64,000 bases of DNA from Kiritimatiellia bacterium (GCA_040767085.1 JAXGPF010000013.1:1-64000); one strand, 5' to 3'. Positions 9,151 to 28,091 are shown, counted from the first letter of the stretch. Made by a program: numbers and translations. Notes: generated by a model from the sequence alone, not told the origin.

Positions 9151-9200
9151 AATTAAAGATTTGAAATTTCAGTTTGAGATTTCAAATTCAAGGTTTGAGG
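9146..9200. repeat. Degenerate AT-rich heptamer tandem array (TTT[G/C]A[A/G]A)
   Basis: TTTGAAA TTAAAGA TTTGAAA TTTCAG TTTGAGA TTTCAAA TTCAAGG TTTGAGG fills the nusG-rplK gap. Confidence 0.7.
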
Positions 9201-9206
9201 CATGTT

Positions 9207-9632
9207 ATGGCGAAAAAAGTGGCAGCGATGATCAAGTTGCAAATTCCGGCCGGCCAGGCTAATCCGGCCCCGCCGGTCGGGCCGGCGCTGGGCCAGCAGG
9301 GCGTGAATATCATGGCCTTCTGCAAGGAATTCAACGCCGCGACCCAGGGGCAGGCCGGCATGATCGTGCCGGTCGTGATTACGGTTTACAGCGACAAGTC
9401 TTTCACATTTATCACCAAGAGCCCGCCCGCCGCATCCCTCATTAAACGCGCGGCGGGATTGGCCAAGGGTTCGGGCATGCCCAACCGTGATAAAGTGGGC
9501 AAGTTAACGCGCGACCAGATTGCGGAAATCGTCAAGACCAAGCAACAGGATTTGAACGCGCTGGACCCGGCCCGGGCGGCCCGTATGATTGAAGGCACGG
9601 CGCGCAGCATGGGGGTGGAGGTGGTGGACTAA
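9207..9632 (+). CDS. rplK: 50S ribosomal protein L11
   Basis: [20 protein letters not shown] and GTARSMG. Confidence 0.98.
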   Translation: MAKKVAAMIKLQIPAGQANPAPPVGPALGQQGVNIMAFCKEFNAATQGQAGMIVPVVITVYSDKSFTFITKSPPAASLIKRAAGLAKGSGMPNRDKVGKLTRDQIAEIVKTKQQDLNALDPARAARMIEGTARSMGVEVVD

Positions 9633-9633
9633 C

Positions 9634-10332
9634 ATGGCTATGCATGGAAAACGCTATCGCGGTAACGCCGCCAAGGTTGCGACGGGCAAAGTTTACACGC
9701 TGGAAGAAGCGGTGGATTTCATCAAGGCTAATCCCGGGGCCAAGTTCGACGAAACCTTGGAATTGGCTTTCCGCCTGGGGGTGGACTTTAAAAAGTCGGA
9801 GCAAATGGTGCGCGGCACGGTGACCTTGCCGCACGGCACGGGTAAAAGTGTGCGCGTGCTGGTGTTTGCCAACGGCGCGGCGGCCGACGCGGCGCGCGCC
9901 GCCGGCGCGGATACCGTGGGCTTCGAAGACATGGTCGCCAAAATTCAGGGCGGCTGGCTGGAGTTTGACGTGGCGATCGCCACGGTGGACGCCATGAAGG
10001 AAGTGCGCAAGCTGGGCAAATTCCTCGGTCCGCGGGGCCTGATGCCGAATCCCAAGACCGGCACGGTAACCAACGATGTCGCCGCGGCGGTGAAGCAATT
10101 CAAGGCCGGGCGCCTGGAATTCCGCATGGACCGGCATGGCAACCTGATGGTGCCGTTCGGCAAGCGCTCGTTCGAGGCGTCCCAACTGGTTGAGAACGCC
10201 AAAGCGTTGATGGAAGCCATACAGGGGGCGCGTCCGCCCACGGCCAAGGGTGTGTTTATCAAGCGCTGCGTGGTCAGTTCCACAATGGGCGTGGGACTGC
10301 CGGTGCAGGTGCGGGAAGCGGTCGTTGCATAA
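9634..10332 (+). CDS. rplA: 50S ribosomal protein L1
   Basis: KFDET, RGTVTLPHGTGK, LGPRGLMPNPK and SSTMG. Confidence 0.98.
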   Translation: MAMHGKRYRGNAAKVATGKVYTLEEAVDFIKANPGAKFDETLELAFRLGVDFKKSEQMVRGTVTLPHGTGKSVRVLVFANGAAADAARAAGADTVGFEDMVAKIQGGWLEFDVAIATVDAMKEVRKLGKFLGPRGLMPNPKTGTVTNDVAAAVKQFKAGRLEFRMDRHGNLMVPFGKRSFEASQLVENAKALMEAIQGARPPTAKGVFIKRCVVSSTMGVGLPVQVREAVVA

Positions 10333-10343
10333 AGGTCGCCGAT

Positions 10344-10862
10344 ATGAGGATTGAGAAACAAGCGATTGTGGACGAGATACGCGGGCGTTTGGAAACATCG
10401 CCCTACATCATCGTCGCGGATTACACCGGCATGCAGGTGGCCCAGTTCGGCAACCTGCGCCGGCAGCTCGCGCGGCACGGCGCGGGCGTGCATGTCGTGA
10501 AGAACACGCTGTTACAGCGCGCGGCCCGGGGGTTGCCGCTGGCGGCGGCGGCGGAGAACCTGGCCGGGCCGGTGGCGGTGGTGGTGAACGGCGACGGGAT
10601 GGAATCCGCCCGGGAAATGAAGAAGTTCAATCAGGCCAACCAGAAACCGGTTGTGCGCTGCGGGTTTTTCGAGGGCCGGCTTTTCTCCCCCGCGGAATTT
10701 GAAGCCCTGGTCAACCTGCCGCCGCGGCAGGTGCTCTATGGCATGCTTGCCGGGACGCTGGCCGCGCCGATGTCGCGCCTGGCGGGCACCCTGCGGCAGA
10801 AAGTGGCCAGTATTTTGTATGTCCTGAAAGCGGTGCAGGAGAAAAAGAGTCAACCGCAGTAG
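10344..10862 (+). CDS. rplJ: 50S ribosomal protein L10
   Basis: VADYTGM and VVKNTLL motifs, plus synteny. Confidence 0.95.
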   Translation: MRIEKQAIVDEIRGRLETSPYIIVADYTGMQVAQFGNLRRQLARHGAGVHVVKNTLLQRAARGLPLAAAAENLAGPVAVVVNGDGMESAREMKKFNQANQKPVVRCGFFEGRLFSPAEFEALVNLPPRQVLYGMLAGTLAAPMSRLAGTLRQKVASILYVLKAVQEKKSQPQ

Positions 10863-10901
10863 CGCGCGAAAACGTGTGGTTCTAGCAGAGGAGATCGTAC
10901 C

Positions 10902-11336
10902 ATGTCGGATGCAGCAACAGCGAATGCCCCGGCCGAAGCGGCCGAGGTTAAAATCGAAGGCAAAATGGCTGATTTCATCAGCTGGATCGAGGGCATCAGC
11001 GTTCTGGAGCTCTCGCAGTTGGTGAAGGCTTTGGAAGACCGCTTGGGTGTCACCGCGGCGGCCCCGATGGCCGTGGCGGCCGCGCCGGCGGCCGGCGGAG
11101 CCGGCGCCGCGGCAGCGGCCGAGCAGACGGAATTCACCGTCGTGCTGGCGAATGCCGGCGCTCAGAAAATTCAAGTCATCAAGGAAGTCCGCGCCATTAC
11201 GGGCCTGGGTTTGAAGGAATCCAAGGACCTGGTGGAAGGCGCTCCCAAGCCGGTCAAGGAAGGGGTTTCCAAGGAAGAAGCCGCCAAGTTGAAAGAGAAG
11301 CTGGAAGCCGCCGGCGCCAAGGTGGAAATAAAATAA
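10902..11336 (+). CDS. rplL: 50S ribosomal protein L7/L12
   Basis: [27 protein letters not shown]. Confidence 0.98.
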   Translation: MSDAATANAPAEAAEVKIEGKMADFISWIEGISVLELSQLVKALEDRLGVTAAAPMAVAAAPAAGGAGAAAAAEQTEFTVVLANAGAQKIQVIKEVRAITGLGLKESKDLVEGAPKPVKEGVSKEEAAKLKEKLEAAGAKVEIK

Positions 11337-11377
11337 CCCGTGGCCTTCCTGCGGGCGCAGCGCTTCAAGGCTGCCAT

Positions 11378-11457
11378 AACCAAAACATTGCCATCCGGTT
11401 CCGCCGGTGCCCAGGCTGGGGCGGCGGCGGGCCGGTTGGATGGTGTTTTGGTTTTTT
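11378..11457 (+). terminator. Long imperfect hairpin with T-tract between rplL and rpoB (attenuator/terminator or processing site)
   Basis: AACCAAAACA/TGTTTTGGTT and CCATCC/GGATGG pairings with a GC-rich inner stem, ending in a T run. Confidence 0.55.
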
Positions 11458-11625
11458 GCGTCGTAATTGCCGGCGGCGCCGGCCGCCCGTTGAAGATTGC
11501 GCCCGCCCCGCGGTCGCGGGGCGGGCGATGAAAGCCGGCGGCAGTTTGGTCGCAGGGCGGGCGCCGGCCCGCCGCGGGGTTGCTTGGATATTCGCGGAAT
11601 TCCCTATTTACGGAGAATGAGCGCA

Positions 11626-15384
<3,759 letters not shown>

Positions 15385-15466
15385 TCCCCGGCGGGCGACT
15401 GGCGCCGCCGGCGGGATTGGTTGGGAAAAATTTGATTATATAACAAGCAAGATTGCGGGGTGTACG

Positions 15467-19606
<4,140 letters not shown>

Positions 19607-19672
19607 TCCGCAATTTTCATTTGCCATAGCCGTGAGGTTTTGTTATGTTTGCGGTTTTCCGGGAGAAACAAA

Positions 19673-20053
<381 letters not shown>

Positions 20054-20077
20054 CCATCACACCGCGGACGGGAGATT

Positions 20078-20548
20078 ATGGCGAGGAGACACAGAGCGGA
20101 AAAGCGGGCGGTCATGCCGGACTTGCGGTTCAACAACCACCTGGTCGGGCGCTTGATCAGCATCGTCATGCAGGCGGGCAGGAAAACCACGGCGGAAGCG
20201 GTGGTTTACGGCATGCTGGACTTCATCGGCAAGCAACAGCAGGAAGATCCCCTGGAAATCATGATGCGGGCCATCGAAAACATCAAGCCCAAGATCGAGG
20301 TCAAATCGCGCCGCGTCGGCGGCGCCACTTACCAGGTGCCGGTGGAAATCAGCCCGGACCGCCAGCTGGCGCTGGCGTTGCGCTGGCTGATCCAGTATGC
20401 CCAGGCGCGCAAGGGCGTGCCGGCGTGGAAGGCCATGGGCCTGGAATTGCTGGACGCTTACAAGAACCAGGGGAATGCCATCAAGAAACGCGACGATACG
20501 CACAAGATGGCCCAGGCCAACAAGGCTTTTGCGCATTACAAGTGGTAA
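20078..20548 (+). CDS. rpsG: 30S ribosomal protein S7
   Basis: EVKSRRVGGATYQVP and HKMAQANKAFAH. Confidence 0.99.
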   Translation: MARRHRAEKRAVMPDLRFNNHLVGRLISIVMQAGRKTTAEAVVYGMLDFIGKQQQEDPLEIMMRAIENIKPKIEVKSRRVGGATYQVPVEISPDRQLALALRWLIQYAQARKGVPAWKAMGLELLDAYKNQGNAIKKRDDTHKMAQANKAFAHYKW

Positions 20549-20554
20549 TTTAAC

Positions 20555-22699
20555 ATGGTGACGGTTTTGAAAGAGAAAAGGTCAGAGCCAGCCGGGATTG
20601 CCGGCGCCGGCGCGCCGGCGCGCGAGGCGCCCGGCCGGACGCGCCCCCTGGCCCAGGTCCGCAATATCGGCATCATGGCCCATATTGACGCCGGCAAGAC
20701 CACGGTCACTGAACGCATTCTCTTTTACACCGGCCGGCTGCACCGCATGGGTGAAGTGCATGACGGCACGGCCAAGATGGACTGGATGGCCCAGGAGCAG
20801 GAACGGGGCATCACCATTACCAGCGCCGCCACGACTTGTTTCTGGCGGAATTGCATGGTGAATATCGTGGACACCCCGGGCCACGTGGATTTCACCGCCG
20901 AAGTGGAACGCAGCATGCGCGTGCTCGACGGCGCCGTGGCCGTGTTCTGCGCCGTCGGCGGCGTGCAACCGCAGTCCGAGACCGTCTGGCGGCAGGCGGA
21001 CAGGTACGGCGTGCCGCGCCTGGCATTCGTCAACAAGATGGACCGCACGGGCGCGGATTTCGACCGCGTGCTGGAGGACATCCGCCGGCGCCTGGCGGCC
21101 CCGGCGGTGGCGGTGCAGTTGCCCTGGGGCGCGGAAGACGCGTTCCGCGGCGTGGTGGATTTGCTCGAAATGCGCGCGGTAGAATTCGACGAGGCCGACC
21201 AGGGCGCCCATCACCGGGTAGTCCCGCTGCCGCCTGACTTGGCCGTGGCGGCCGAGCGCGCGCGCGCGGAACTGGTGGAACGCGTGGCGGAAGCGGACGA
21301 GGAAGTTCTCGGCGCCTTCGTCGAAAGCCCGGATGTCCCGGCCGATGTGCTGCGCGCTGGATTGCGCCGGGCGGTGCTGGCGCAGCGGTTGGTCCCCGTG
21401 CTGTGCGGAGCGGCCCTGCGCAACAAGGGCATTCAGATGCTGCTGGATGCCGTGGTGGATTACCTGCCCGCGCCGTCGGACCTGCCGCCCGTCCAGGGCC
21501 GCCATCCCAAGACCGGCGCCGCCGTGGCGCGCGCCACCGGCGATTTCGAGCCCTTGACGGCCCTGGCCTTCAAGATCATGAACAACCACTTCATGGGCAA
21601 AATGATTTTCATCCGCGTGTACGCCGGAATGCTGAAAAAAGGACAGAATGTCTTCAATTCACGCACCGGCCGGCGCGAACGCCTGCTGCGGCTTTTCCAG
21701 ATGCATGCCGACGAATACCAGGAAGTCGAAGGGCTGCACGCCGGTGAAATCGGCGCGGCGGTCGGGCTGAAGGAAACCGCCACCGGCGACACCCTCTGCC
21801 TGGAAAACAAGCCGGTGGCGCTCGAGAGCATCCATTTTCCGGAACCGGTGATGGCCATGGCCATCGAGCCGCGGACCCAGGGCGGGCGCGACGACCTGGT
21901 GCGCGCGCTGCAGCTTTTAAGCGACGAAGATCCGACCTTCCGCCTGACCACCTCGCCGGATACCGGGCAGTTGTTGATCAACGGCATGGGCGAACTGCAT
22001 CTCAGCATCATCAAGGACCGCCTGCTGCGCGAGTTCAAAGTGCCGTCCAACACCGGGGAACCGGTGGTGGCTTACCGCGAAACCGTCACCGCCGCCGGCG
22101 CGGGCGAATTTGTCTTCGACCGTGAAATCGGCGGCAAACGCCAGTTCGCGCGACTGGCGCTGCGGGTGGCGCCGCGGCCGCGCAAGGCCGGGGTGGATAT
22201 CGCCTGCGGGCTGCCGCCCGAAAAACTGCCGCCAATGTTCCGCAAGAGCGCCGTCGAAGGCGTGCAGGACGGCATCCTGACCGGGGTCGTGGGCCACTTC
22301 GCCGTCATTGATCTCCAGGTGACGGTGCTGGACGCCGGCTTCGATCCGCACGATTCCACGGAAGTGGCTTTCCGCACCGCGGGCGTCATGGCCCTGCGCG
22401 AGGCGGTGCGCGCCGCCCAGCCGGTGTTGCTGGAGCCGATCATGGCCCTGGAAATCGTCTCGCCCACCGAGCATCTGGGGGACGTGCTGGCGGATTTGAG
22501 CGCGCGGCGCGGCAAGGTGCGTGAGATGGCCGCCCGCCAGGAGTTGCAGTTTATCCGGGCGGATGTGCCCCTGGCCGAGCTGTTCGGCTATGCCACGACC
22601 ATCCGTTCGCTGACCCGCGGGCGGGCCAGTTACACGATGGAACCCGTCCTGTTTGAAATTGTTCCGGAAGCGATTCAGAAAAAAATATTAAATCGGTGA
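20555..22699 (+). CDS. fusA: Elongation factor G (divergent domain IV; possibly an EF-G2/recycling-type paralog)
   Basis: [45 protein letters not shown] and LLEPIM. Located in the str operon. Confidence 0.95.
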   Translation: MVTVLKEKRSEPAGIAGAGAPAREAPGRTRPLAQVRNIGIMAHIDAGKTTVTERILFYTGRLHRMGEVHDGTAKMDWMAQEQERGITITSAATTCFWRNCMVNIVDTPGHVDFTAEVERSMRVLDGAVAVFCAVGGVQPQSETVWRQADRYGVPRLAFVNKMDRTGADFDRVLEDIRRRLAAPAVAVQLPWGAEDAFRGVVDLLEMRAVEFDEADQGAHHRVVPLPPDLAVAAERARAELVERVAEADEEVLGAFVESPDVPADVLRAGLRRAVLAQRLVPVLCGAALRNKGIQMLLDAVVDYLPAPSDLPPVQGRHPKTGAAVARATGDFEPLTALAFKIMNNHFMGKMIFIRVYAGMLKKGQNVFNSRTGRRERLLRLFQMHADEYQEVEGLHAGEIGAAVGLKETATGDTLCLENKPVALESIHFPEPVMAMAIEPRTQGGRDDLVRALQLLSDEDPTFRLTTSPDTGQLLINGMGELHLSIIKDRLLREFKVPSNTGEPVVAYRETVTAAGAGEFVFDREIGGKRQFARLALRVAPRPRKAGVDIACGLPPEKLPPMFRKSAVEGVQDGILTGVVGHFAVIDLQVTVLDAGFDPHDSTEVAFRTAGVMALREAVRAAQPVLLEPIMALEIVSPTEHLGDVLADLSARRGKVREMAARQELQFIRADVPLAELFGYATTIRSLTRGRASYTMEPVLFEIVPEAIQKKILNR

Positions 22700-22706
22700 A
22701 TCAGGC

Positions 22707-23015
22707 ATGGAAGAACAACGTATACGCATCAGGTTAAAATCGTTTGATTTTCGCGCCTTGGATCAGTCCGCGGGCGAGATCGTCGATACCGCAAAACGCA
22801 CGGGCGCGCGAGTAGCCGGGCCGACCCCGCTGCCTACGCGCGTGGAGCGTTATTGCGTCAATCGGGCGCCGCACGGCGACAAGAAGTCCATGGAGCAGTT
22901 CGAAATCCGCACGCACAAACGTCTGCTGGATATCATCGGGCCGACGGCCAAGACCGTGGATGAACTCAAGAAACTCAACCTGCCGGCGGGGGTGGACATT
23001 ACAATCAGGATTTGA
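22707..23015 (+). CDS. rpsJ: 30S ribosomal protein S10
   Basis: [17 protein letters not shown] and FEIRTHKRL. Confidence 0.98.
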   Translation: MEEQRIRIRLKSFDFRALDQSAGEIVDTAKRTGARVAGPTPLPTRVERYCVNRAPHGDKKSMEQFEIRTHKRLLDIIGPTAKTVDELKKLNLPAGVDITIRI

Positions 23016-23027
23016 GCGGGACGTTTT

Positions 23028-23669
23028 ATGCAAGGCTTAATTGGCAGAAAGATCGGAATGACCCGCGTTTTTGACGAACGCGGCGAACAGGTGCCGGCGA
23101 CGGTGCTGGAATGCGGTCCGTGCGTGGTGCTGCGGCGCAAGCGCGCCGATGGCGCCGACGGCTACGATGCGGTGCAGCTGGGCTTCGGCGACGCGGTGGA
23201 ACACCGCCTGTCCCGCCCGGACGCCGGGTTGTTCAAGAAAGGCAACCTGCCGTTCAAGCGCCATTGCCGGGAATTCAGCCTGGATGCCGGGGAGGATTGC
23301 AAGCCCGGGGACGTGGTCAGCGCTGAAATTTTCGCCAAAACGACCCACGTGGATATCACGGGCATGACCAAGGGCAAGGGGTTTCAGGGCGTGATGCGGC
23401 GCCACGGCATGTCCGGCGGCGTTATGACGCACGGCGGACATTCGAAGCGCCGGATCGGTTCGATCGGCTGCCGCGAGTTACCGGGACGGGTGCACAAGGG
23501 CAAGCGCATGCCCGGCCACATGGGCCATCTGCGGGTGACCCAGCAGAATTTGAAAGTGGTGCAGGTCCGTCCGGAAGATAATCTGCTGCTGGTGCAGGGC
23601 GCGGTGCCGGGGCATGCCGGGGCGGTGGTCGTCATCAAACGGGCGTTGAAAAAGGGTGGCAAGGAATGA
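23028..23669 (+). CDS. rplC: 50S ribosomal protein L3
   Basis: GRKIGMTRVF, DGYDAVQLG, KGKGFQG and MPGHMG. Confidence 0.98.
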   Translation: MQGLIGRKIGMTRVFDERGEQVPATVLECGPCVVLRRKRADGADGYDAVQLGFGDAVEHRLSRPDAGLFKKGNLPFKRHCREFSLDAGEDCKPGDVVSAEIFAKTTHVDITGMTKGKGFQGVMRRHGMSGGVMTHGGHSKRRIGSIGCRELPGRVHKGKRMPGHMGHLRVTQQNLKVVQVRPEDNLLLVQGAVPGHAGAVVVIKRALKKGGKE

Positions 23670-24313
23670 GCACGATAGCGGTGGTCAACAGGCGCGGTGA
23701 AAATTGCGGCAGCTTCGACATACCGGACGAGCTGCTGGTTAAAGATCGCGGCGCGCAAGCCGTGCAGGATGCCGTCGTGGCTTTCCAGGCCGGACGGCGG
23801 GCGGGCACCGCCAGCACGCGCGGCAAGGGCGCGGTGGCCGGCAGCAACAAGAAGCCCTGGAAGCAAAAGGGGCTGGGTCGGGCGCGGGCGGGATATCGCC
23901 GTTCGCCGCTCTGGCGCGGCGGCGGCGTGGTTTTCGGCCCGCATCCGCGCAGTTATGCCAAGTCCATTAACCGCAAAACGCTGCAACTGGCCTTCCGCCG
24001 GGTTTTCACCGAGAAACTCGCGGCCGGCTCCTTGCGGGTGATCGAAAATTTCGACCTGCCGGACGCCAAAACCAAAAGCATGGCGCAATTGCTCAAGGAT
24101 TTGGCGCTGACCGGCAAGGTGTTGGTGTTGGCGGCGGAACTGCCGCCGGCCCTGGAACGCGCGGCGCGCAATCTGCCGCAGTTGGCCCTGGTCCGCGCGC
24201 AGGACGTCAACGTCTGCCAGTTGCTGGAATACCCGGCGCTGCTGGCGGAACGGGCGGCCCTGGAAGCGATCATGCAACGACTGCGGGGTAAAAAGGCGGT
24301 GGCGGAAGGATGA
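23666..24313 (+). CDS. rplD: 50S ribosomal protein L4
   Basis: KPWKQKGLGRARAG and WRGGGVVFGP. Confidence 0.97.
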   Translation: MSTIAVVNRRGENCGSFDIPDELLVKDRGAQAVQDAVVAFQAGRRAGTASTRGKGAVAGSNKKPWKQKGLGRARAGYRRSPLWRGGGVVFGPHPRSYAKSINRKTLQLAFRRVFTEKLAAGSLRVIENFDLPDAKTKSMAQLLKDLALTGKVLVLAAELPPALERAARNLPQLALVRAQDVNVCQLLEYPALLAERAALEAIMQRLRGKKAVAEG

Positions 24314-24594
24314 AAACGGCATATTCCATTATACGCAAACTGGTGCTGACCGAGAAGAACAGCCGGGGTATGGAGCAGGACAACCGGTATTGCTTCCAGG
24401 TGGACCCCGCGGCCAACAAGCTGGAAATCAAGCAGGCCGTCGAGCGGATTTTCAAGGTGCAGGTCGTGCGCGTGAACACCATGAACCGGCAGGGCAAGCT
24501 GCGGCGCGAACGCACCCTGAAGTACGGGCGGACCGCCGCCGTCAAAAAGGCCATGGTCACGCTGAAACCCGGCGACAAGATCGAGGTAGTTTAA
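24310..24594 (+). CDS. rplW: 50S ribosomal protein L23
   Basis: TEK, ANKLEIKQAVE and KKAMVTL. Confidence 0.97.
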   Translation: MKTAYSIIRKLVLTEKNSRGMEQDNRYCFQVDPAANKLEIKQAVERIFKVQVVRVNTMNRQGKLRRERTLKYGRTAAVKKAMVTLKPGDKIEVV

Positions 24595-24603
24595 GGAGAG
24601 GCC

Positions 24604-25425
24604 ATGCCAGTCAAATCATACAAACCAACCACTCCCAGCCGCCGCTTCGCCGCCGGCGCCACGTTTGAAGAAGTGACGCGCCGGCGCCCGGAACGGTCCC
24701 TGCTGCGCGTGCAGCGCAAGACCGGCGGGCGCAATTCCGCCGGCCGTATCACCGTCCGCCATCGCGGCGGCGGCGTCCGGCGCAAGTACCGGCTGATCGA
24801 TTTCCGGCGCGGCAAGTTGAATGTGCCGGCCCGGGTGGCGGCGATCGAATACGATCCCAACCGCTCGGCGCACGTGGCGCTGCTGCATTACCGCGACGGG
24901 GATAAACGCTATATCCTGGCCCCGGACGGCTTGCGCGTCGGCGCGACCGTCATGGCCGGGCCGGCCGCCGAGCCGCAGGTGGGCAACATGCTGCCGCTGG
25001 GGAGCATGCCCTTGGGCAGCGAGGTGCACAACATCGAGCTGCGGCCCGGACGCGGCGGGCAGCTGGTGCGCGGCGCCGGGCTGGCGGCGGTTTTGATGTC
25101 CCGCGAAGGCGATTACGCCAACGTGCGCCTGCCGTCCGGCGAGGTGCGCATGCTGCACGTGAATTGCGGGGCCACCATCGGGCATGTCAGCAACGGCGAC
25201 CATGAAAACGTGCATTACGGCAAGGCCGGCGTGAAGCGCTGGCGGGGCATCCGGCCGACGGTGCGCGGGCGCGCCATGAATCCGATAGACCACCCGCTCG
25301 GCGGCGGCGAAGGCCGTTCCACCGGCGGGCACCCGCGCTCGCCATGGGGCCAGTATGCCAAGGGATTGAAGACACGCGTCCGGCGCAGCCGGTCCAACCG
25401 ATTCATTGTTGCACGGAGAAAATAA
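24604..25425 (+). CDS. rplB: 50S ribosomal protein L2
   Basis: [19 protein letters not shown] and [14 protein letters not shown]. Confidence 0.99.
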   Translation: MPVKSYKPTTPSRRFAAGATFEEVTRRRPERSLLRVQRKTGGRNSAGRITVRHRGGGVRRKYRLIDFRRGKLNVPARVAAIEYDPNRSAHVALLHYRDGDKRYILAPDGLRVGATVMAGPAAEPQVGNMLPLGSMPLGSEVHNIELRPGRGGQLVRGAGLAAVLMSREGDYANVRLPSGEVRMLHVNCGATIGHVSNGDHENVHYGKAGVKRWRGIRPTVRGRAMNPIDHPLGGGEGRSTGGHPRSPWGQYAKGLKTRVRRSRSNRFIVARRK

Positions 25426-25428
25426 GCC

Positions 25429-25713
25429 ATGTCACGTTCGCTGAAAAAGGGGCCGTTTGTGGATGCCAGCCTGTTGAAAAAGGTTGAGCATTTGAACCGC
25501 TCGGGCGAAAAACGTCCGATTAAAACCTGGGCGCGCCGTTCGATGGTGCTGCCGGAATTCGTGGGACATACCTTTGCGGTGCACAACGGCAAGGCGCATG
25601 TCACGGTGTACGTTTCGGAAAACATGGTGGGACATCGCCTGGGCGAATTCGCGCCGACGCGTATTTTCCGGAAACACGGCATCCACACCGACAAGACCGT
25701 GGCGAAAACTTAA
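25429..25713 (+). CDS. rpsS: 30S ribosomal protein S19
   Basis: [12 protein letters not shown] and [13 protein letters not shown]. Confidence 0.99.
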   Translation: MSRSLKKGPFVDASLLKKVEHLNRSGEKRPIKTWARRSMVLPEFVGHTFAVHNGKAHVTVYVSENMVGHRLGEFAPTRIFRKHGIHTDKTVAKT

Positions 25714-25742
25714 TCGATCGGCGGCAGAAGGGAAGCATTGCA

Positions 25743-26087
25743 ATGAAAATCGAGTCTGTGGCAAAATATGTGCGCCTGGCCCCGTCCAAGGCCCGGCCGC
25801 TGGCCCGGCGGCTGAAGGGCGTGCCCCTGGCGGAAGCCCTGAGCCTGACGCGGTTCAGCACGCTCAAGGCGGCGGCGGCGATCGGCAAGGTTCTGAAGAC
25901 GGCCGTGGCGGACGTGACCAACAATCATAAGCGCCCGGCGGAAGATTTTCGGGTGGCGGAAGTGATTGTGGAGCAGGGGCCGTACATGAAACGGTTTTGG
26001 CCGCGTTCCCGCGGCATGGTGCGGCCGGTGCGCCGCCAGACCAGCCACATCCATGTGATTTTGGATGACGGCCGGCAGGAAAAATAG
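25743..26087 (+). CDS. rplV: 50S ribosomal protein L22
   Basis: KYVRLAPSKAR, GPYMKRFWPRSRG and TSHI, plus synteny. Confidence 0.95.
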   Translation: MKIESVAKYVRLAPSKARPLARRLKGVPLAEALSLTRFSTLKAAAAIGKVLKTAVADVTNNHKRPAEDFRVAEVIVEQGPYMKRFWPRSRGMVRPVRRQTSHIHVILDDGRQEK

Positions 26088-26110
26088 TCCATTATAAAGG
26101 AGACTGGCAC

Positions 26111-26779
26111 TTGGGACAGAAGGTCAATCCTATCGGTTTGCGCGTCACAGTTAACAAAAACTGGCGTTCGCGCTGGTATGCCGGCAAGCGCGAGTTCGGC
26201 GACTGCTTGCACGAGGACATCAAGATACGCAAAATTGTGCGGCAACGCCTGGAAAATGCCGCCGTGCCGGATGTGCTGATCGAACGCTACGCCAACCGGG
26301 CGCGCGTGACGATTTATACCGCCCGCCCCGGCGTGGTGATCGGCCACAAGGGCCAGGACGTTGAAAAGCTGCGCGAAGAACTGGCCAAGCTGACCGGGCG
26401 CGAGATTTACATGGAAATCAAGGAAATCCGCGTGGCGGATTTGAACGCCCAGTTGGTGGCCGAAAATATCGCCGTGCAGTTGGAGCGCCGGGTTTCCTTC
26501 CGCCGCGCCATGAAAAAGGCGATGAAAGCCGTCATGGATCAGCGGGCGTTGGGCGTGAAAGTCGCGGCGGCGGGCCGGCTGGGCGGCGCGGAATTGGCGC
26601 GCCGCGAGATTTACAAGGAAGGCCAGGTGCCGCTGCACACGCTGCGGGCCTGCATTGATTATGGATTTGCCGAAGCCCGGACCGTGGCCGGCAAGATCGG
26701 GATAAAGGTTTGGATTTGCAAGGATCCGGAAGCGGAGCCTGCCAGCAGAGGAGGGTATCGCCGTGCCGCTAATACCTAG
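26111..26779 (+). CDS. rpsC: 30S ribosomal protein S3 (TTG start)
   Basis: [24 protein letters not shown] and VPLHTLRA. Confidence 0.98.
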   Translation: MGQKVNPIGLRVTVNKNWRSRWYAGKREFGDCLHEDIKIRKIVRQRLENAAVPDVLIERYANRARVTIYTARPGVVIGHKGQDVEKLREELAKLTGREIYMEIKEIRVADLNAQLVAENIAVQLERRVSFRRAMKKAMKAVMDQRALGVKVAAAGRLGGAELARREIYKEGQVPLHTLRACIDYGFAEARTVAGKIGIKVWICKDPEAEPASRGGYRRAANT

Positions 26780-27182
26780 TCGGGTTAAATATCGCAAGGT
26801 CCAGCGCGGCAGCCGCAAGGGGCGGGCCACCGCCGGCGACACCTTGTCATTCGGTGAGTTCGGCTTGCAGGCCCTGGCGCGCGCCTGGATTAAATCCAAT
26901 CAGATCGAAGCCTGCCGCGTTTCGATCAATCGCAACCTGAAGCGCAAAGGCAAGGTCTGGGTGCGGATTTTTCCGGACAAGCCGGTCAGCAAGAAGCCGC
27001 TGGAAACGCGCATGGGCAAGGGCAAGGGCGTGCCGGAATTCTGGGTAGCCGTGGTGAAGGATGGACGCATGTTATTTGAAGTGGGGGGCGTGCCGGAGCG
27101 CATGGCGCGCGAATCGCTGCGCCTGGCGGCTTCCAAGCTGCCGATCCCCACGCGCTTTGTCATGCGCATGCCGGGAGGTTGA
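26763..27182 (+). CDS. rplP: 50S ribosomal protein L16 (GTG start)
   Basis: QIEACR, RIFPDKP and ETRMGKGKG. Confidence 0.98.
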   Translation: MPLIPSRVKYRKVQRGSRKGRATAGDTLSFGEFGLQALARAWIKSNQIEACRVSINRNLKRKGKVWVRIFPDKPVSKKPLETRMGKGKGVPEFWVAVVKDGRMLFEVGGVPERMARESLRLAASKLPIPTRFVMRMPGG

Positions 27183-27190
27183 GCAGGACT

Positions 27191-27376
27191 ATGAAAGCCA
27201 GTGAAATCAGGGATTTGTCGCCGGAAGAAATCCGCCAGAAAGCGGCGGATCTGGAAAAAGAATATTTTGAATTGCGCAAGGTCAAGGCCACGGGCAAACT
27301 GGAAGACCCCTTGCAGTTGCGCCGCATGCGCCGCGACCTTGCCCGGGTGCGGACGGTTTTGAACGCCACCAAGTGA
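27191..27376 (+). CDS. rpmC: 50S ribosomal protein L29
   Basis: MKASEIRDLS and RRDLARVRT, plus synteny. Confidence 0.95.
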   Translation: MKASEIRDLSPEEIRQKAADLEKEYFELRKVKATGKLEDPLQLRRMRRDLARVRTVLNATK

Positions 27377-27390
27377 GAAAAGGGACGAAT

Positions 27391-27675
27391 ATGCCGGAAG
27401 AAGCCAAGAGGCGCGGCAAGCGCAAAACGCGGGAAGGATTTGTCATCGGCAGTGCGATGCAGAAGACGATCGTGGTGCGCGTGGAGCGCCGCATCCGCCA
27501 TCCGCTGTATGGCAAGGAATTGCGGATCGCCAGCAAACTGTACGCGCACGACGAGCAGGGCGCGGCCCGGGTCGGCGACCGTGTGGAAGTCGTGGAAACG
27601 CGGCCGGTAAGCCGCCTGAAACGCTGGCGGTTGCTCAAGGTTTTCGAAAAACAAGCGCCGGCGAAGCAGGCGTAG
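27391..27675 (+). CDS. rpsQ: 30S ribosomal protein S17
   Basis: MQKTIVV, HPLYGK, AHDE and ETRPVS. Confidence 0.97.
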   Translation: MPEEAKRRGKRKTREGFVIGSAMQKTIVVRVERRIRHPLYGKELRIASKLYAHDEQGAARVGDRVEVVETRPVSRLKRWRLLKVFEKQAPAKQA

Positions 27676-27724
27676 CCGGGATCCGCCCCGCCGCGGACGA
27701 CGGATGCTGACGAGGGATGAAAAC

Positions 27725-28090
27725 ATGATAGCAGAAGAAACATGCCTGGATGTGGCCGATAACACCGGCGCCCGCAAGGTCAAGTGCTTCCGGATTCTCG
27801 GGCAGCGCAAGCGCTATGCCCGGCTGGGAGATTTGATCAAGGTCTCCGTGCGCGAGGCGCAGCCGCGCGGCCTGGTGAAAAAGGGCGAGGTGCGCCTGGC
27901 GGTCATCGTGCGCACCAGCAAGGCGTTGCGGCGCACGGACGGCTCGCTGATCCGTTTTGACAGCAATGCCGTCGTGCTGGTGGATGACAAGCTGAATCCG
28001 CTGGGAACCCGCGTGTTCGGGCCGGTGGCGCGCGAACTGCGCGACCGGAATTTCGCCAAAATCATTTCGCTGGCGCCGGAGGTCCTGTAA
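27725..28090 (+). CDS. rplN: 50S ribosomal protein L14
   Basis: [19 protein letters not shown] and [10 protein letters not shown]. Confidence 0.98.
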   Translation: MIAEETCLDVADNTGARKVKCFRILGQRKRYARLGDLIKVSVREAQPRGLVKKGEVRLAVIVRTSKALRRTDGSLIRFDSNAVVLVDDKLNPLGTRVFGPVARELRDRNFAKIISLAPEVL

Positions 28091-28091
28091 T

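Noticed and set aside
9146..9200. CRISPR array interpretation of the short repeats
   Set aside because: Units are 7 bp and contiguous with no spacers; no cas genes occur in the window.
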